A DNA stretch of 64,000 nucleotides. It comes from Camelus dromedarius. Taxonomy: Eukaryota. Positions 14,085 through 28,500 of the stretch are shown piece by piece (positions within the stretch are counted from its first letter, which is position 1; each line of letters begins with the position of its first letter). Made by a program: the position numbers and the translations under genes. Location of the stretch: positions 41,790,001 to 41,854,000 of the forward strand of contig NC_087447.1 in assembly GCF_036321535.1 (NCBI RefSeq), given 5' to 3'. A model generated the notes under the pieces. It made no database searches. It worked only from the letters and a program-made list of their open reading frames with translations, and was not told the origin of the DNA.

Positions 14085-14165
14085 ACGTGTGACTGAATCA
14101 CTTTGCTCTGCATCTGAAACTAACACAACATTGTAAATCAGCTATACTTCAATTAAAAAAATAAA
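14085..14165 (+). mobile_element. Short L1 3' terminus
   Basis: 'gactgaatcactttgctctgcatctgaaactaacacaacattgtaaatcagctatacttcaattaaaaaa'. Confidence 0.75.
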
Positions 14166-16507
14166 TATAGGAGACAGACAATAAGAACAAATTTTGTTGA
14201 GTAAAAGAATTAACCCTAAACATTAAAAAATATATATTCTTGGACTTTCACATCATGATAGTACACTTGTGACTGCTATCTTAGTCAGTATTACCTTTTA
14301 AAACATTTTTCATCAAAATATTGTTTTGTACAGAACTATGAAAATGTATTTTTTTACCAAGTCTTTGTTTTTCCTTATATTTATTACTTACCATTTTTCT
14401 ACCAGAATTTGGTTCCAAAAGCATTTGTCAGTTTTTCCTTAAAAAGCAGTGCTATTTTAATATCTAAAATACTTGCTATCTGAAAGTATTTTTTTAAGAA
14501 AGCAATAAAGGTATATATTAATACAGAAAAAAATGTAATTTAAAAAATAACCTGTTTGTAGAATTATACAAGTATGGCTTTGTTGATTGTGATAGTGCTT
14601 TTGTAGAGTCCTTCAGAACAGGAGTAATAACTAGTGTTATTTGCTTTTATTGCATATTGTTTCACATGGGATTCTGTTACAGGGGGCTAGCATATTTCTT
14701 GCTGCCATACCTTTCTTTGATCTCTCTTTATAGGCAAACATTCATGTAATTGACTAAAGGCTGCAGTACCTAATTAATGGGAGGGATAAGAATGGGAGCC
14801 CAATATATCAATATTTTATAGAGTAACCAAGGATTGAGTGGAATTAGTAACAATTTAAGAAGAGGAATACTCATATTCACAAGACTATAGGCTTTGTAGC
14901 AGACTGAGTATTTCGTATCTGGATACATATTTGATGTCTACTTAATAGTACTTTTCCCTTATGAGTTCAACCTGAGTTTTGCACAATAATTCCCTACAAG
15001 TATTTGTTAATTATATATCCTGTCACTGCATTGCCAAATGGTACCTTTCTTTAGACCATTATTCTCTTTGGGGATATCTCAACCTGTAAATAGTTTTAAA
15101 CAGTTAATATAAATTCTGAATACAAATACTTCCTCAGACTTCTGACTAGTGAAATAGTTTTGTTGGTTGCTTAAAATCAGTCTACAAGTTTAATGTGATT
15201 GGTAGTGGAAGCTCTCAGTAGACAATCGCTTTATGGCATATGATCTTTCATTTATGACATTCACATATCAGGAGTCACTTTTGCATTGAATGGTGACTTC
15301 ATGCCTATTATACCAGAAACTTTTTTTTTTGAGAAATAGCATAATATGACCTTTAGAATTTGGGTAGGTAGAAAAATGTTTTGATCCAGTATAAACTAGT
15401 CTTAAAAAGCAGTGTTGTTATTCTTAGAAATTATGGCTTTGTTTGATGTGAGAAGTTTTCTACAATAATCCTAATTTTTAAAATAGGTGTGAGAGTCACA
15501 GCTTGTACTACTTTCACATTGCAGGAGGACTTGATAACATAGTCCCCTTAAATATTGAAAAATATAAAGCTAAACTATATTCCCAAGTCTAGCAGATGGG
15601 GTTATTAATTTACATCTAAATGATAGATGCATTGTAAGAAATTAGAAGCCTTCGTGCAATATTTCAGGTTGTAGGATATCCTTATCGCCAACTTTTTTGC
15701 TAAGAGAAATGTTCAAGTGTTCAGAAATGGTGCAGTTCAAGCCTGTGACACAGATTACTTCTCTGCTAATGACGATTACTTCAGTATGTGCTTCTTTCTC
15801 AGAATTTCAGTATTAGCAATGAGAGAAGTCTAGGTTGAAATCTTGGAGGAATGGTGTTGCTTAAGGTGCAGAGTTAACAAGGCTTAAGAACTTAAAGAGG
15901 ATGGATAACTTTTAGTTCTGTTTTTACTGACCTGAAAGTTACATCAAATGCTGCAAGAAGTCAGATTTGAGCACCTTTTGTCTTAGGAATTGTATGGCAT
16001 TTAAATGTCACATGAAATTATGTCAAGGCAGCACACTTCCTCAGCATTCCATCCTCTCTGTCCCCTCTTTTCCTCCCCCTCTCTCTTCTCACAGCCTTAC
16101 CTCAAAATTTATTAAACAGTTGATTGTCATCGAGACAAATATTAACACCTTTATTTAAATTAAAAAATAAATTCAGGCCTTTTCTGATAGAAAGTAAATC
16201 CAATTTAACTTATTTGACAAGTGTTAGTGTTATCAAATGAAATTATACAGCACCCATTTTTCATAAATTGAACTAGTAGCTTGAAGATTTTGATTAAAAT
16301 ATATTGAAAGGCTGAGAAAATTTTAAAAATATATATAATTACAAATATCATTTTCACTTATGCTTCCAGAAGAGTGGAATAGAAGTACTTTTCCTTATTC
16401 CCCTCATTAACTACAGCTAAAGTCCCTGGACATCCTTTATTTTTTTTAAATAAGAAAATTCTTAAAGGCAGACTAATAAAGGGATTCTTAAAGATAGAGG
16501 GACATGA

Positions 16508-17273
16508 CCATAAATGATAAATGCTGAAGAAGTTGTGGAGAAAAGTGAATCCTCCTGCACTTTGGTGGGAATGTAGTTTGCTGCCATCATTATGGAAAAC
16601 AGTATTCCTTAAAAAACTGAAAATAAACTTACCCTATTATCCAGCAATACCACTCCTGGACATCTATCTGGAGTAAGCTAATTCAAAAAGATACATGTAC
16701 CCCAATATTCATAGCAGCAATATTTACAATAGTCAAGACATGGAAGCAACCTAAATGTCCATTGATAGATGACTGGATAAAGAAGTTGTGGTATATTTAT
16801 ACAATGGAATACCACTTAGCCATTAAAAATGCCATTTGCAGCGCTATGGATGGACTTGGAGATTGTCATGCTAAGTGAAGTAAGCCAGAAAGAGAAAGAA
16901 AAACACTGTATGATATCACTCATATGTGGAATCTAAAAAAATGACACAAATGAACTTATTTACAAAACAGAAACAGACTCACATAGGAAAAAAAAAACTT
17001 ATGGTTACAGGGGGAAAGGGGGTGGGGAGAGATAAATTGGGAGTCCGGGACTTGCAGATACTAAATACTGTATATAAAATAGATAAATAACAAGGTCCTA
17101 ATGTATAGCAGAGGGAACTATATTCAATAAATACCTTGTAATGGCCTATAATGAAACAATATGAAAAAGAATATATAGATGGATATATATATATATGTAT
17201 AACTGAATCACTATGCTCTACACAAGAAATTAACATTGTAAATCGACTATATTTCAATAATAATTAAAAAAAA
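16508..17273 (+). mobile_element. 5'-truncated L1 (ORF2 C-terminus, 3'UTR, poly(A))
   Basis: Collinear with 39700-40495; degenerate TSD aaagatagagggacatga (16490-16507) and aaggataaagggacttga (17274-17291). Confidence 0.9.
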
Positions 17274-17429
17274 AAGGATAAAGGGACTTGAGGAGTAACA
17301 TGGTAGTAAGATCTTTGGTTCTTTGTTGATTTGAATATCCAAGATTGGGTGTTGCAGAAGTCAGCAATCCAGCAGTGCCAGTTGGTACAGATGAGGGGAA
17401 AAAAATGCAAGAAAAGCATGCTCTCACTA

Positions 17430-17474
17430 GGAAAGGGAAAGGGAAAGGGAAAGGGAAAGAGAAAGGGAAAGGGG
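17430..17474 (+). repeat. (GGGAAA)n purine repeat
   Basis: ggaaagggaaagggaaagggaaagggaaagagaaagggaaagggg. Confidence 0.9.
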
Positions 17475-18954
17475 AGCCTACCAAGACAAGAAACTTTTAG
17501 ATAATAACCACTCTACTTTGCCCAGACACCACAGAAGAATAACTGTAGTTGCACCTCTACCCTACTGTGGTGGTGCCAGAGATGGCTGAATAGAAAGTCA
17601 CCAGTTTCACTGAAGTCATGCGTGGTGATGAATCAATCCCCTTCCACCCCTTGCTGTCATTCAAAGCCATATGGAGAACCTGGTTTTCTACCCTCACCTG
17701 ACTTTAAGGAGGCACCTTTCTTCTAAACTGGAGTGGTGTCAGAGGAGGCCTATTGGTGTCAGTGGTTTCAGGGCTTTTACCACCACCCACCACTAATGAG
17801 ACCACCACTCATGGTGTCAGTGAAGGCAACACAAGGAGCAGTAATGAGGCCGACCTGCCCCTCCAATCAGAGCAGTATCAGTAGAGGCCTAGTGGGAAGC
17901 CTGCATTTCTGCCTCTGCTCATCAGTAGCAAGGATCCCCTCTCTTGAGAGCGTCCATGGAGACTGAGTAGGGAAATTGGACTTTCACCCTCATCGGGTGA
18001 TATATTTGGCAGTACTTTTCTTCCCCTGCCAGAGCAGTATCAGAGGAGTCATGCTAAAATAGAAGATTTGACTAAGATCTCAAGTTTTATACATAATATT
18101 TTAAATTAGTAGGCTTCAATTGAATATTAATCATAATACCAAGAACCAGGAAAATCTTAACTTGAATCCAAAAAGGTAGTTAACAGATGCCAACATCAAA
18201 ATGACACAGATGTTAAAATTATCTGACAAAATTATTTTAAAGCAGCTGTCATAAAAATACTTTAATGAACACTTACAAACACTTGAAACAAATGAAAAAT
18301 AGATCGTCTCAGTAAGGAAACAGAAGATATGAAGGAAAACTAAATGGGAATTTTAGAACCAAAAATTACAATAACTGAAAAAAAAGAAACCTCAATGATG
18401 GACTCAGCAGCAGCGTAGAAGGGACAGAGAAAAGAATCCATGAACATGATGATAGAAAAATAGAAATTAGCTAGTCTCAACAACTGAAAGGGAACAGACC
18501 AAAACAAACAAACGAATAGAGCTTCAGATACCTGTAGAAATATGTAAAAGATTTAGCATTCAGATCATCACAGTGCTGAAAGAAGAGAAAGTGGACTACA
18601 GAGGTATTCAAAAATAATAGTGAAAAAAATCCCAAATGTGGAGAAAGTTTATACAAACTTACAGATTCAAGAAGCTGAGTGAATTCTAGAAAGGCTAAAG
18701 CCAAAGGTATCTGCCAAGGCACAATTTCTTAAAGCTAAAGAGTCTTGAAAGCAGCAAGAGAGAAATGACACCTAAGCTATAGGAGAATATTTTTTTGAGC
18801 GATAGCAGATTTCTCATCAGAAGCTATGGAGGCCATAGAAAGTGACATAACATTTTTCAAGTGAATCAAGTAAAGAACTGTCAACTCAGAATTCTATGTC
18901 TGTCAGGAATGAAGGAGAAATTAAGATATTCTCAGATAGAAGAATACTAAGATT

Positions 18955-19697
18955 TGTGTGGTATCATACAAAAATATATTTAGTATTTTTTCCCAATTCC
19001 GGCGTGAAACTCTTAAAAGCCTTGAATTTTCCTGAGTGATAGGGAATGTCTTTGATTATTCATAATGAATCCCTTTCTATCACACCTGAGTTTATGCTAC
19101 TCAGATAATGCAAGGTGAGGGCTCTAGACAGCTTCAGGATGGGGATGGTCACCAGAGAGATGAAGTGATTATAAGTTGGCACTTTCAGCCCCACACATCG
19201 ACCTCCAAAATGGTGACAAGGAGCTAGCAGTTGAGCTCTATAAAATCTCTTGAACAATGAGATTCAGAGAGCTTACAGGTTGGGGAACACATTAGCTTGC
19301 TGGGAGGGTGGCACACCTGCAGAGGGCATGGAAGTTCCATGACTCTCCCCCTTGCATATCTTACTCTATTTTTCTCTTCCATTTGGCAGTTTCTGAGTTG
19401 TGTCTTTTACAATAACCAGTAAACACAAGGACAGTATTTTCCTGAGTTACATGAGCCAATCTAGCAAATTATTGTACTTGTTGCAGGGGGAGGTCATAGG
19501 AACCCCTGAATTTGTAGTCAGGTCCTTCAAAAGTGTGAGTAGGCTGGAGACTCAAGACCTGTGACTGGCATTTGACGTGAGGGGCAGTCTTAACCTGTGG
19601 CATCTGCACTAACGCCAAGTAGTTAATGTCAGAATTGAATTGTTGAACACTTGGTCCTGGTTTTGGAGAATTAATTGTTGGTGTTAGGAAACACATC
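18955..19697 (+). mobile_element. MER21-like endogenous retrovirus solo LTR
   Basis: Begins TG; 'cttgaattttcctgagtgataggg...ttattcataatgaatccctttctatcacacctgagtttatgcta' and 'gttaatgtcagaattgaattg' match remembered MER21 consensus; interrupts L1 ORF1. Confidence 0.75.
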
Positions 19698-21667
19698 TGA
19701 ATTTGTCATTAGCAGATCTACCCTATATGAATGACTAAAAGAAGTTCTCTAAACAGAAAGGAACTGTTAAAAGAGGGAAAACAGGAATATTAGGGAGGAA
19801 GAAAGAACAACAGAAAGTAAAAGTAGGTAAATACAGTAAAGTTCCCTTTTGATTGTTTGACAATTGAAGCAAAACTTGTAACACACTGTCTGATGTGGTT
19901 CTCAACGTATAGAGGAAATATTTAAAATATAAGTATATTACAAGTGGAGGAAGCTAAAGGAACATAAAGGGAGGCAAAGTTCCTACGTTTCACTCAAATT
20001 GGATGAATGTTGACACTAGTTGACCGTGATGTTAGGTACATATGATGTAATACTTAGAGCAACCAGTACAAAGCCTATTTAGAAAATATACTCAAAAGCA
20101 CTATAAATAAATAAAAAAAAATGGAAGTCTAAAAAATATTTGAGTAACCTACAGAAAGGCAGGAAAAGAGCAAATAAGGAAATGTAAAACAGAGAGGACA
20201 AACAGAAAATAAAAAATAAAATGGCAGATGTAAGCCATGTTATGTAAATAATGGCATTAAATGTAAATGGTGTAGGTACACCAATTAAAAGAGATACTGG
20301 CAGAGTGTGTAAAAAATCAACTATTTTATGGTATCTATAAGAACTTATTTCAAATATAATAATATAGGTAGTTTGAAAAAAGTAGTTGAAAGAAAAGCTA
20401 TACCATGCAAACATTAATCAAAATAAAGTAGAAATGAGTATATTAATGTCAGATAAAGTAAACTTCAGAGCAACAAACAAACAAACAAACAAACAAAAAA
20501 CACCCAGAATAGAGAGGGACATTACAGAATAGTAATAGCATTGATCCATCAAGAAGTCTTAGCAATTTTAAATGTGTATGCATCCCAGCAGAGTTGCAAA
20601 AATGTGAAGCAAAACTGATAGAACTGAAAAGAGAAATAAACAAATTTGCAATTTTAATTAATAGACTTCAACAGCTTTCTCTCAACAGTTGACAGAACAA
20701 CTAGACAGAAAATCAGCAAGGATGTACTGTCAACCGACAGAATCTAGTCAACATTAATAGAACATTTATGTTCTGTAAATCTATAATTTTACAACCTGAA
20801 AAAATTTTAAAGAATTGAAATCATAAAGAGTTTGTTCTTGTACCACAATGGAATTAAACTGCAAGTCAAACCACATATCTGACACAATGTCTTACAGTAA
20901 GTGAATGGTTATACAGACTGCTACATATACACCATGGCATACTCAGCAATGAAAAGTAATAAACTTTTGGTACACTGAACAATGTGGATGGATCTTAAAG
21001 GCATTATGCTGTGGGAAAAAAGTCAATCTCACAAAAACTCATAGTATATGATTTCATTTATATAGCATTCTCAAAATAACAAAATTACGGAGGTCAAATT
21101 AGGAACAAATTACTGATTGCCAGGGGATTGAGATGGAGGAGGGAGTTGGGTAGAACTATAAAGATGTAGCGTGAGCAACATTTTTATAGTAATGAAATAA
21201 TTTTATTTCTTGTTTTAGATGGTGATTACACAAACATATACAAGTGATAAAATGACACAGAGCTATACACATTGTACCAATGTCAGTTTTCTGGTTTTGA
21301 TATTGTACTGTAGTAACCATTGGGAGAAAATGAGTGAAGAGTACAAGAAGCCTCTTCTGTATGCTTTTCAAATTGCTTAGATTCTATAATTATTTCAAAA
21401 TAAAGTCAAATGCTGTTTTACTAGAGGTATATTGAAATTTAAGAACATCTTAAAAATTTCCCATCTTCTTTTAGTGATTTGGTTAAAGAAACTTTCTCTA
21501 GGTGAAAGAATAACCTGTAATTAATATTCATAAGATAATTTTTTGAAAGCCGTTTTGTATATTTCCCAGAAAATCGGAAACTAAGTCATGCTTATATCTG
21601 GCTACAGGTCGTTTTGGAAGTTAGATGACTTCCAATTAATTGCTTTCAATAAAAGCCAAGGAGGCCC

Positions 21668-21761
21668 TGATCATTTCACAACGTACATAAATATTGAATC
21701 ACTATGCTGTACAACTGAAACTAATGTAATATCATATATCAATTATATCTCATTAAAAAAA
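21668..21761 (+). mobile_element. Short L1 3' terminus
   Basis: 'gatcatttcacaacgtacataaatattgaatcactatgctgtacaactgaaactaatgtaat...ctcattaaaaaa'. Confidence 0.75.
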
Positions 21762-24148
21762 GCAGTGGTGACAAACTCTTAATAATTGTTAAGTCTGGGT
21801 GGGAGGAATATGCGTTTTCATCAGATTCTTTTTTAATATTTGAAAATTATCATGATAAACTTTTTATGCTTAAGTAAAAAATACTGAAATGACAGTCTAG
21901 GTTTAGAAGGCTCACGTACTAGCCTACACCTAAATAAGAGTGAAAGTAGAGATCTGTTAGTTTGTTAGCTAGTTAGTTATTACAACAGCTCTGTTAAAGA
22001 GTTCAGTGGTTTGAACCAAGCAATGGAAGTGGATGTGGAGAGAAGTGGTTGGATGTGCAATATGTTTAACAGATCAAACCTGTGGTTGTTGAAGGTTCTT
22101 AGGTGAGTAAAGATAACGTGAGCATCAAGGAAAATAACAATAGACTAAATTTTTAAAAAATTACAGAAGGATCATAATTTAATTTGTTAGTTTCCTCGGT
22201 GCTCAAGCACAGTGCTTGGCTATGTGTTTAATAAATAGCTATTGATTGCTTTGAGGAGAGGAGAGAAATTGCATGCAGGTAACAACGTAACCATTTTTCT
22301 TAAGGCTTCTTAGTACCAAGAAAATTATAGCAAAGGAGCAAGAAATAGTATTCTGTGACATACAGGACTCTGAGCCTGGGGTCAATGTTTGGATATTATC
22401 TGTGTTGGTCAGTGTAGAGAAATTCCATTTTGAGAGCTGAATTACACTAGATAAGAAAACAAGTAGAAAAATAAACATTTATTCATATCAAAATGATTAG
22501 AAAATATAGTTCAGAAGAAAACAGCTATTCCCCTTACCTGTTTTAAAGTTATGAAAGGTTTTCGACTCTGTAAGTTCAATACCTTATATTTATTTATATT
22601 TTTTCACTACTTTTTATTTTGTTAAGCATTTTTTCCCATAAATTGAGTTTCTAAATTAATAAAACTGACAAAATACTATTTTATTATTATTATTTCTCAC
22701 TTCAGTCAAAATAGTTTTTCTTAGGACTTTGAAATTTCATACTATACTTTCATCTAATTCCACTGTCATCAAAGTCTTTAACCAGTGTGTGATGTACCAC
22801 TACAGATTCTTTAACAGGCATATGTTCTTAGTATTAGAACCTATTGTAACATAGGTGAGAACTGAGATAGATGGATACTTTCTGAGGATCCTTGCAAAAA
22901 TAAAACATTTGCTCTTAGTTTTCAGGAAGGCAGAATCAAGTTTTTTGAAGGGAAGTGGGTTTATTGTTAATGATATAAGCATCAGTAAACTCTTTGAACT
23001 TTATAAAAGATTAGCCATTTCATTAATTTATCCAGCAGTTATTTGAATGCCAAATTTGTGCAAAGATATAAAGAAGGAACCACAATGCGATGACTTAGAG
23101 GAGCAGAGACACAATGTAGTCAAGACCCCCACTCCTAGGTAGGTAACTTACAAATGGGAGGATAATCAGAATTGCAGAGGTTCTCCCCAAGGAGCGAAGG
23201 GTCCAATCCCCACCTTGGACCCCATCCTGGGGCTCCTCCATTGGAAAGAGGAGCCCTTAGAATACTGGGCTTTGAAGGCCAGTAGGGCTTCCATTGGAAA
23301 GTCTTGGAGGGCTGTCAGAAACAGACTTCACTCTTAAATGGCATGTACAAAATCTCACATGCATTAAGAGCCAGCACAGAGGCAGTAATTTGAAATAAGT
23401 CTGGGTCAGGTCTACTTGCTAATCTTGGAGAGCCTCCCAGAGCAGCAGGAGGCAACTGGCACTCTCCCTGGGGACATAGATGCCAGCAGCAGTCGTTTTT
23501 GAGAGCTTAATCTACCATGAGGGCACTGGTGCTAGCAACACCATTTTGGGGTCTTCCCCCTAGCCTGTTACTGCCTGGAGCTTACCTGCCCTCTAGCCAG
23601 TCAATACCAGTTCTGGGACACCCAAGCCAAGCAGCAAACCATACGGGAACCCAGATACACCCACCAGCTTTCCCAGGACCTGGCTCTACCCACCAGTGGG
23701 CTGATATCAGCCTTGGAATCCCGCAGGCACTGGCCCCACTCAACAACAGGTCAGCACCATTCTTGAGACCCCTAGCACCAACAACCAGCTGACCTGCCTG
23801 GGATCTGGCACTGCCTACCAGCAGTTAGGAACCAGCCGTGAGCCTTACAGCCAGCCATGCTAGTACCCAGCAGCAGCCAGGAGCCTTCACATGAGGCAGC
23901 ATCAGCAGCCATTTGGGCCAGGAACCAGACCCACCTACCAGCACACCCACAGTTGTTGGCCCTGCCACAGCAGAAAAGTTCATACAGCCCAAATATGGGG
24001 CACCCCTAGATCATATACCTCTAGTGACCAGAGAGAAGTGTGCAACTGAGCTCCGTAGGATGTATCCTACATAAGGCCACTTCTTGAAGATCAGTAAATG
24101 TAACTAACCTACCTAATATGTATAAATAAACACAGAGAATTAGGCAAA

Positions 24149-25018
24149 ATCAGGTGCCAGAGAATTACGTTACAAGGAAAGGAACATGATAAAATCCCAG
24201 AAGAAAAACTAAACAAAGTGGAAATAGATAATCTAGCCAATAAAGAGTTCTAGGTAATAACCATAAAGATGCACAATGAACTTGGGAGAATGGATGAGCA
24301 CAGTGAGAAGTTTAACAGAGAGTTAAGAAACATAAAGATGAATCCGAGCTGAAGAAAACAGTAACTGTAATTGAAAATATACTGGAGGGAATCGACAGTG
24401 GATTAGATGATACAGAGGAGTGGATCAGTGAACTGGAAGACAGAGTAGTAGAATTCACCCAAGCAGAACTGAAAAAAGAAAAAAAAGAGTTTTAAAAATG
24501 AGGATAGTTTAAGAAACCTCTGGGACAACATCAAGTATAATAACATTTATACTATAAGGGTTCCAGAAGGAGAAGAGAGAGAAAGGGCAGAGAACTTATT
24601 TGAAGCCATAATAGCTGAAAATTTCCCTAACCTGGCAAAGGAAACAGACATCCACATCCAGAAAGCACAGAGAATCTTAAACAAGATCAACCCAGAGATC
24701 CATACCAAGAAACATTGTAATTAAAATGACAGAAATTAAAGAGAGAATATTAAAAGAGACAAGGGAGACACAATTAGTTATAAATAAGGGAAACTTCCAC
24801 AAGACTGTCAACTGACTTTTCAGGAGAAACTTCACAAGCCAGAAAGGATCAGAACCATATATTTAAAGTGATGAAAGGGGAAAACCTACAACCAAGAATA
24901 CTCTGCCCGGCAAGACTTTCTTTCAGATTTGATGGAGAAATCAAAAGTTTTACAGAGAAGCAAAAGCTAAAAGCACCACAAAACAGCTTTCCAAGAAATG
25001 TTAAAGGGACTTCTGTAA
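24149..25018 (+). pseudogene. L1 ORF1 (RNA-binding protein) remnant
   Basis: Peptide 'ENLQPRILCPARLSFRFDGEIKSFTEKQKL' (24868 ORF) is ORF1p C-terminal domain-like; start codon lost, frames broken. Confidence 0.85.
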
Positions 25019-25309
25019 GCAAAAAAGAAAAGAAGAGACCACAACTAGAAATATGAAAATAACAAAAGGAAAACAATCTTAGTAAAGACAAATATCAGTG
25101 CAGGTAATAGATCAACCACTTAGAAAGCTGGTAGGAAGTTTAAAAGACAAAAGTAGTAAACTCGTCTATATCCTCAATAAGTAGTTAAGGGATACACAAG
25201 AGAAAAAGACATAAAATGTGATGTTGAAAACTTTAAATGTGGAGGAGATAGTAAAATGCAGAATTATTAGTGTATGTTTGAACTTAAGAGAACATCAATT
25301 TAATATAAT

Positions 25310-25343
25310 TTCTCTCTTTCTGTCTTTCTGTTTTTCTCTCTGT

Positions 25344-25408
<65 letters not shown>
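25310..25408. repeat. Compound (TC)n(AC)n microsatellite in the L1 inter-ORF spacer
   Basis: Pyrimidine tract, then pure AC run 25359-25408. Confidence 0.95.
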
Positions 25409-25410
<2 letters not shown>

Positions 25411-25591
25411 GTGAGGGGGAGACTGCTCTATTCTCTTGGTAATTACAAATAAAAAATTTAAAATAGACACATAAAAAAGAAAAAGGAATCCAAACATAAC
25501 ACTAAAAATAGTCATCAAATCACAAGGGACGAGAGCAAAAGAAGAAGAAAGGAATAAAAAAATCCAAAAATGTCCCAATACGATTAATAAA

Positions 25592-28500
25592 ATGGCAATG
25601 AGTACATAGCTCTCAATAATTACTTTAAATATAAATTGATTAAATGCTCCAGTGAAAAGATATAGAGTGGCTGAATGGATTAAAAAAAAAAAGACCAAGA
25701 TAATATGCTACCTGTAAGAGACTCATTTCAGGTCTAAAGACATACACAGACTGAAGGTGAGGGGATGAAAAAAGATATTCATGCAAACGGAAATAAAAAA
25801 GTGGATGTAGCAATACTTGTATCAGACACAATAGACTTTAAAATAGAGACTAACAAGAGATGAAGAGCATTTCATAATGATAAAGGGTTCAGTCCAACAA
25901 AGATACAATACTTGTAAATGTATATGCACCTAACATAGGAACACCTAAATACATAAAGCAAATACTAACAGACGTAAAGGGAGAAATTGACAGTAACAGA
26001 GTAATAGTAGGAGACTTTAACCTCCGTTAATGGACAGATCATGCACACAGAAAATCAATAAGGAAACACTGGCCTTAAATGACACAGTAGATGATATGGA
26101 TTTAATTGATATATAGAGAGAACATTCCATCTGAAATCAGAAAAGTATACATTATTTTTAATGCACATGGACCATTCTCCAGGATAGGTCATACTCTAGG
26201 TCACAAAACAAGTCTCAATAAATTTAAGATCAGTGTTATAGCAAGCATCTTTTCCAACCACAACAATGTGAGACTGGAAATCAACTATAAAGAAAAAAAA
26301 ACTGCAAAGTACACAAACACATGGAGGCTAGACAATATACTGCTAAATAACCAAGGGGTCACTGAAGAAATTAAAAAGGAAATTAAGAAAAAATAACCTG
26401 GAGGCAAATGAAAATGGAAACACAACCATCTATCAGAAACAGCAAAAGCAGTTCTGACAGGGAAGTTTACAGTGATAAGAGCCTACCTTAGGAAATAAGA
26501 AAAATCTCAAACAATTTAACTTTACACCTGAAGGAACAAAAAAGGAAGAACAAACAAAATCCAGTTAGTAGAAGGAAAGAATAAAGATCAGCAGAAATAG
26601 AGATAAAAAACAATAGAAATGATCAGTGAAACATAGAGCTTGTTCTTTGAAAAGAAACACAAAATTGATAAAACTCTATAGCCAGATTTACCAAGAAAAA
26701 AACAGAGAGGGCCCAAATAAAATCAGTAATGAAATAGGAGAAGTTACAACCAACACCACAGAAATACAAAGGATCATTAGAGAACAATTATATGACAATA
26801 AAATGGACAACTAGAAGAAATGGGTAAATTCCTAGAAACATACAATCTCCCAAAACTGAATCAGGAAGAAATAAAAAATTATGAACAGACTGATTTCTAG
26901 TAATGAAAATAAATCAATAATCAACAACTCTCAAAAAACAGAACTCCGGGACTAGACAGCTTCATGGTGAATTCTACCAAACATTTAAAGAAGAATTAAT
27001 GCTTATTCTTCTCAAATGATTCCACAAAAATGGAAGAGGAAGGAAAGCTTTTGGACTTATTCTGTGAGGCCAGTATCACCCTGATACCAAAACCAGACAG
27101 AGACACCACACACAAAAAATTACAGGCCAGTATCCCTGATGAACAGGAATGCAGACATCCTCAAGAAAATACTAGCAAACTGAATTCATCAATACATGAA
27201 AAGGGTCATGCACCATGATCAAGTGAGGTTTATCCCAGGAATGCAAAGATGGTTCTACATCTGCATATCATACAGTTTGATATACCACATTAGCATATTG
27301 GAGAATAAAAATCAAATGATTATCTCAATTGATGCAAAGAAGTCTTTTGACAGAATTCAACATCAATTTATTGATAACGACTTTGAACAAAGTAGGTACG
27401 GAGGGAATATACTTCAGCATATTAAAGACCACATATTGGAAAACTACAGGCAACACCATACTCAACAGTGAAAAACTGAAAGCATTTTCTCTAAGATCAA
27501 TAACAAGACAAGGTTGCCCACTCTCGCCACTTTCATGCAACATAGCATTGGAAGTCCTAGCCACAGCATTCAGACAAGAAAATGAAAATAAAAGGCATCC
27601 AAATTGGAAAGGAAGAAGTAAAACTGTCACTGTTTGCATATGATATGTTACTAGATGTTGAAAATCCTAAAGATGCCACTAAAGAGCTATTAGAAGTAAT
27701 AAATGAATTTGGTAAAGTTGCAAGGTACAAAATTAATACAAGGAAATTTGTTGTGTTTTTATACACTATACACTAATGCTGTTAACTGAGATATTAGAAA
27801 GTGAAATTAAAACAATTCCGTTTATAATCACATCAAAAATAATAAAGTAATTAGGTATAAATCTAACTAAGGAGGTAAAAGATCCATACTTGGCAAACTG
27901 TAAGACATTGATGAAAGAAATTAAAGATGATACAAAGAAATAGAAAGATTTATCGTGCTCATGGATTGGAAGAATTAATATTGTTAAAATGACCATACTG
28001 CCAAAGGCAGTCTGCAGATTCAGTACAGTTTCTATCAAAATACAAATTGGATTTTTCACAAAACTAGAACAAATAATTCCAAAATTTGTGTGGAAATATA
28101 AAAGATCCTGAATAGCCAAGACAATCTTAAGAAGAACAGAGCTGGAGGTATCATGTTCCGTGATTTCAAACTATACTACAAAGCTACAGTAATCAAAACA
28201 ATATAGTACTTGCACAAAACCAGACACATAGATCAATGGAACAGAAAGGAGAGCCCAGAAATCAACCCACATTTATATGGTCAATTAATCTACAATAAAG
28301 GAGTCAGGGCTATATACAATGGTGAAAAGACAACCTCTTTAATAAATGGTGTTGGGAAAACTGGACAGCTACATGCAAAAGAATCAAACTAGAGTACTTT
28401 CCCACATTGTATTAAAAAATAAACTCAAAATGGATTAAAGATTTGAATGTAAGACCTGAAACCATAAAACTTACAGAAGAAAGCATATGCTATATGCTCT

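Larger units (their letters stand above)
16360..21410 (+). mobile_element. Old L1 (L1M-type): 5'UTR, ORF1 relic, ORF2 endonuclease start and 3'UTR; host of two nested insertions
   Basis: ORF1-like about 18130-18950, resuming at about 19698; ORF2 start 'atggcagat...ttaaatgtaaatgg' about 20221; L1MC/MD-like 3'UTR about 20890-21410 ending 'ttctataattatttcaaaataaag'. Confidence 0.75.

Noticed and set aside
15660..15790. Possible exon (…gttgtag|GATATCC…TTCA|gtatgt) with open frames
   Set aside because: Weak polypyrimidine tract and unrecognised peptides.
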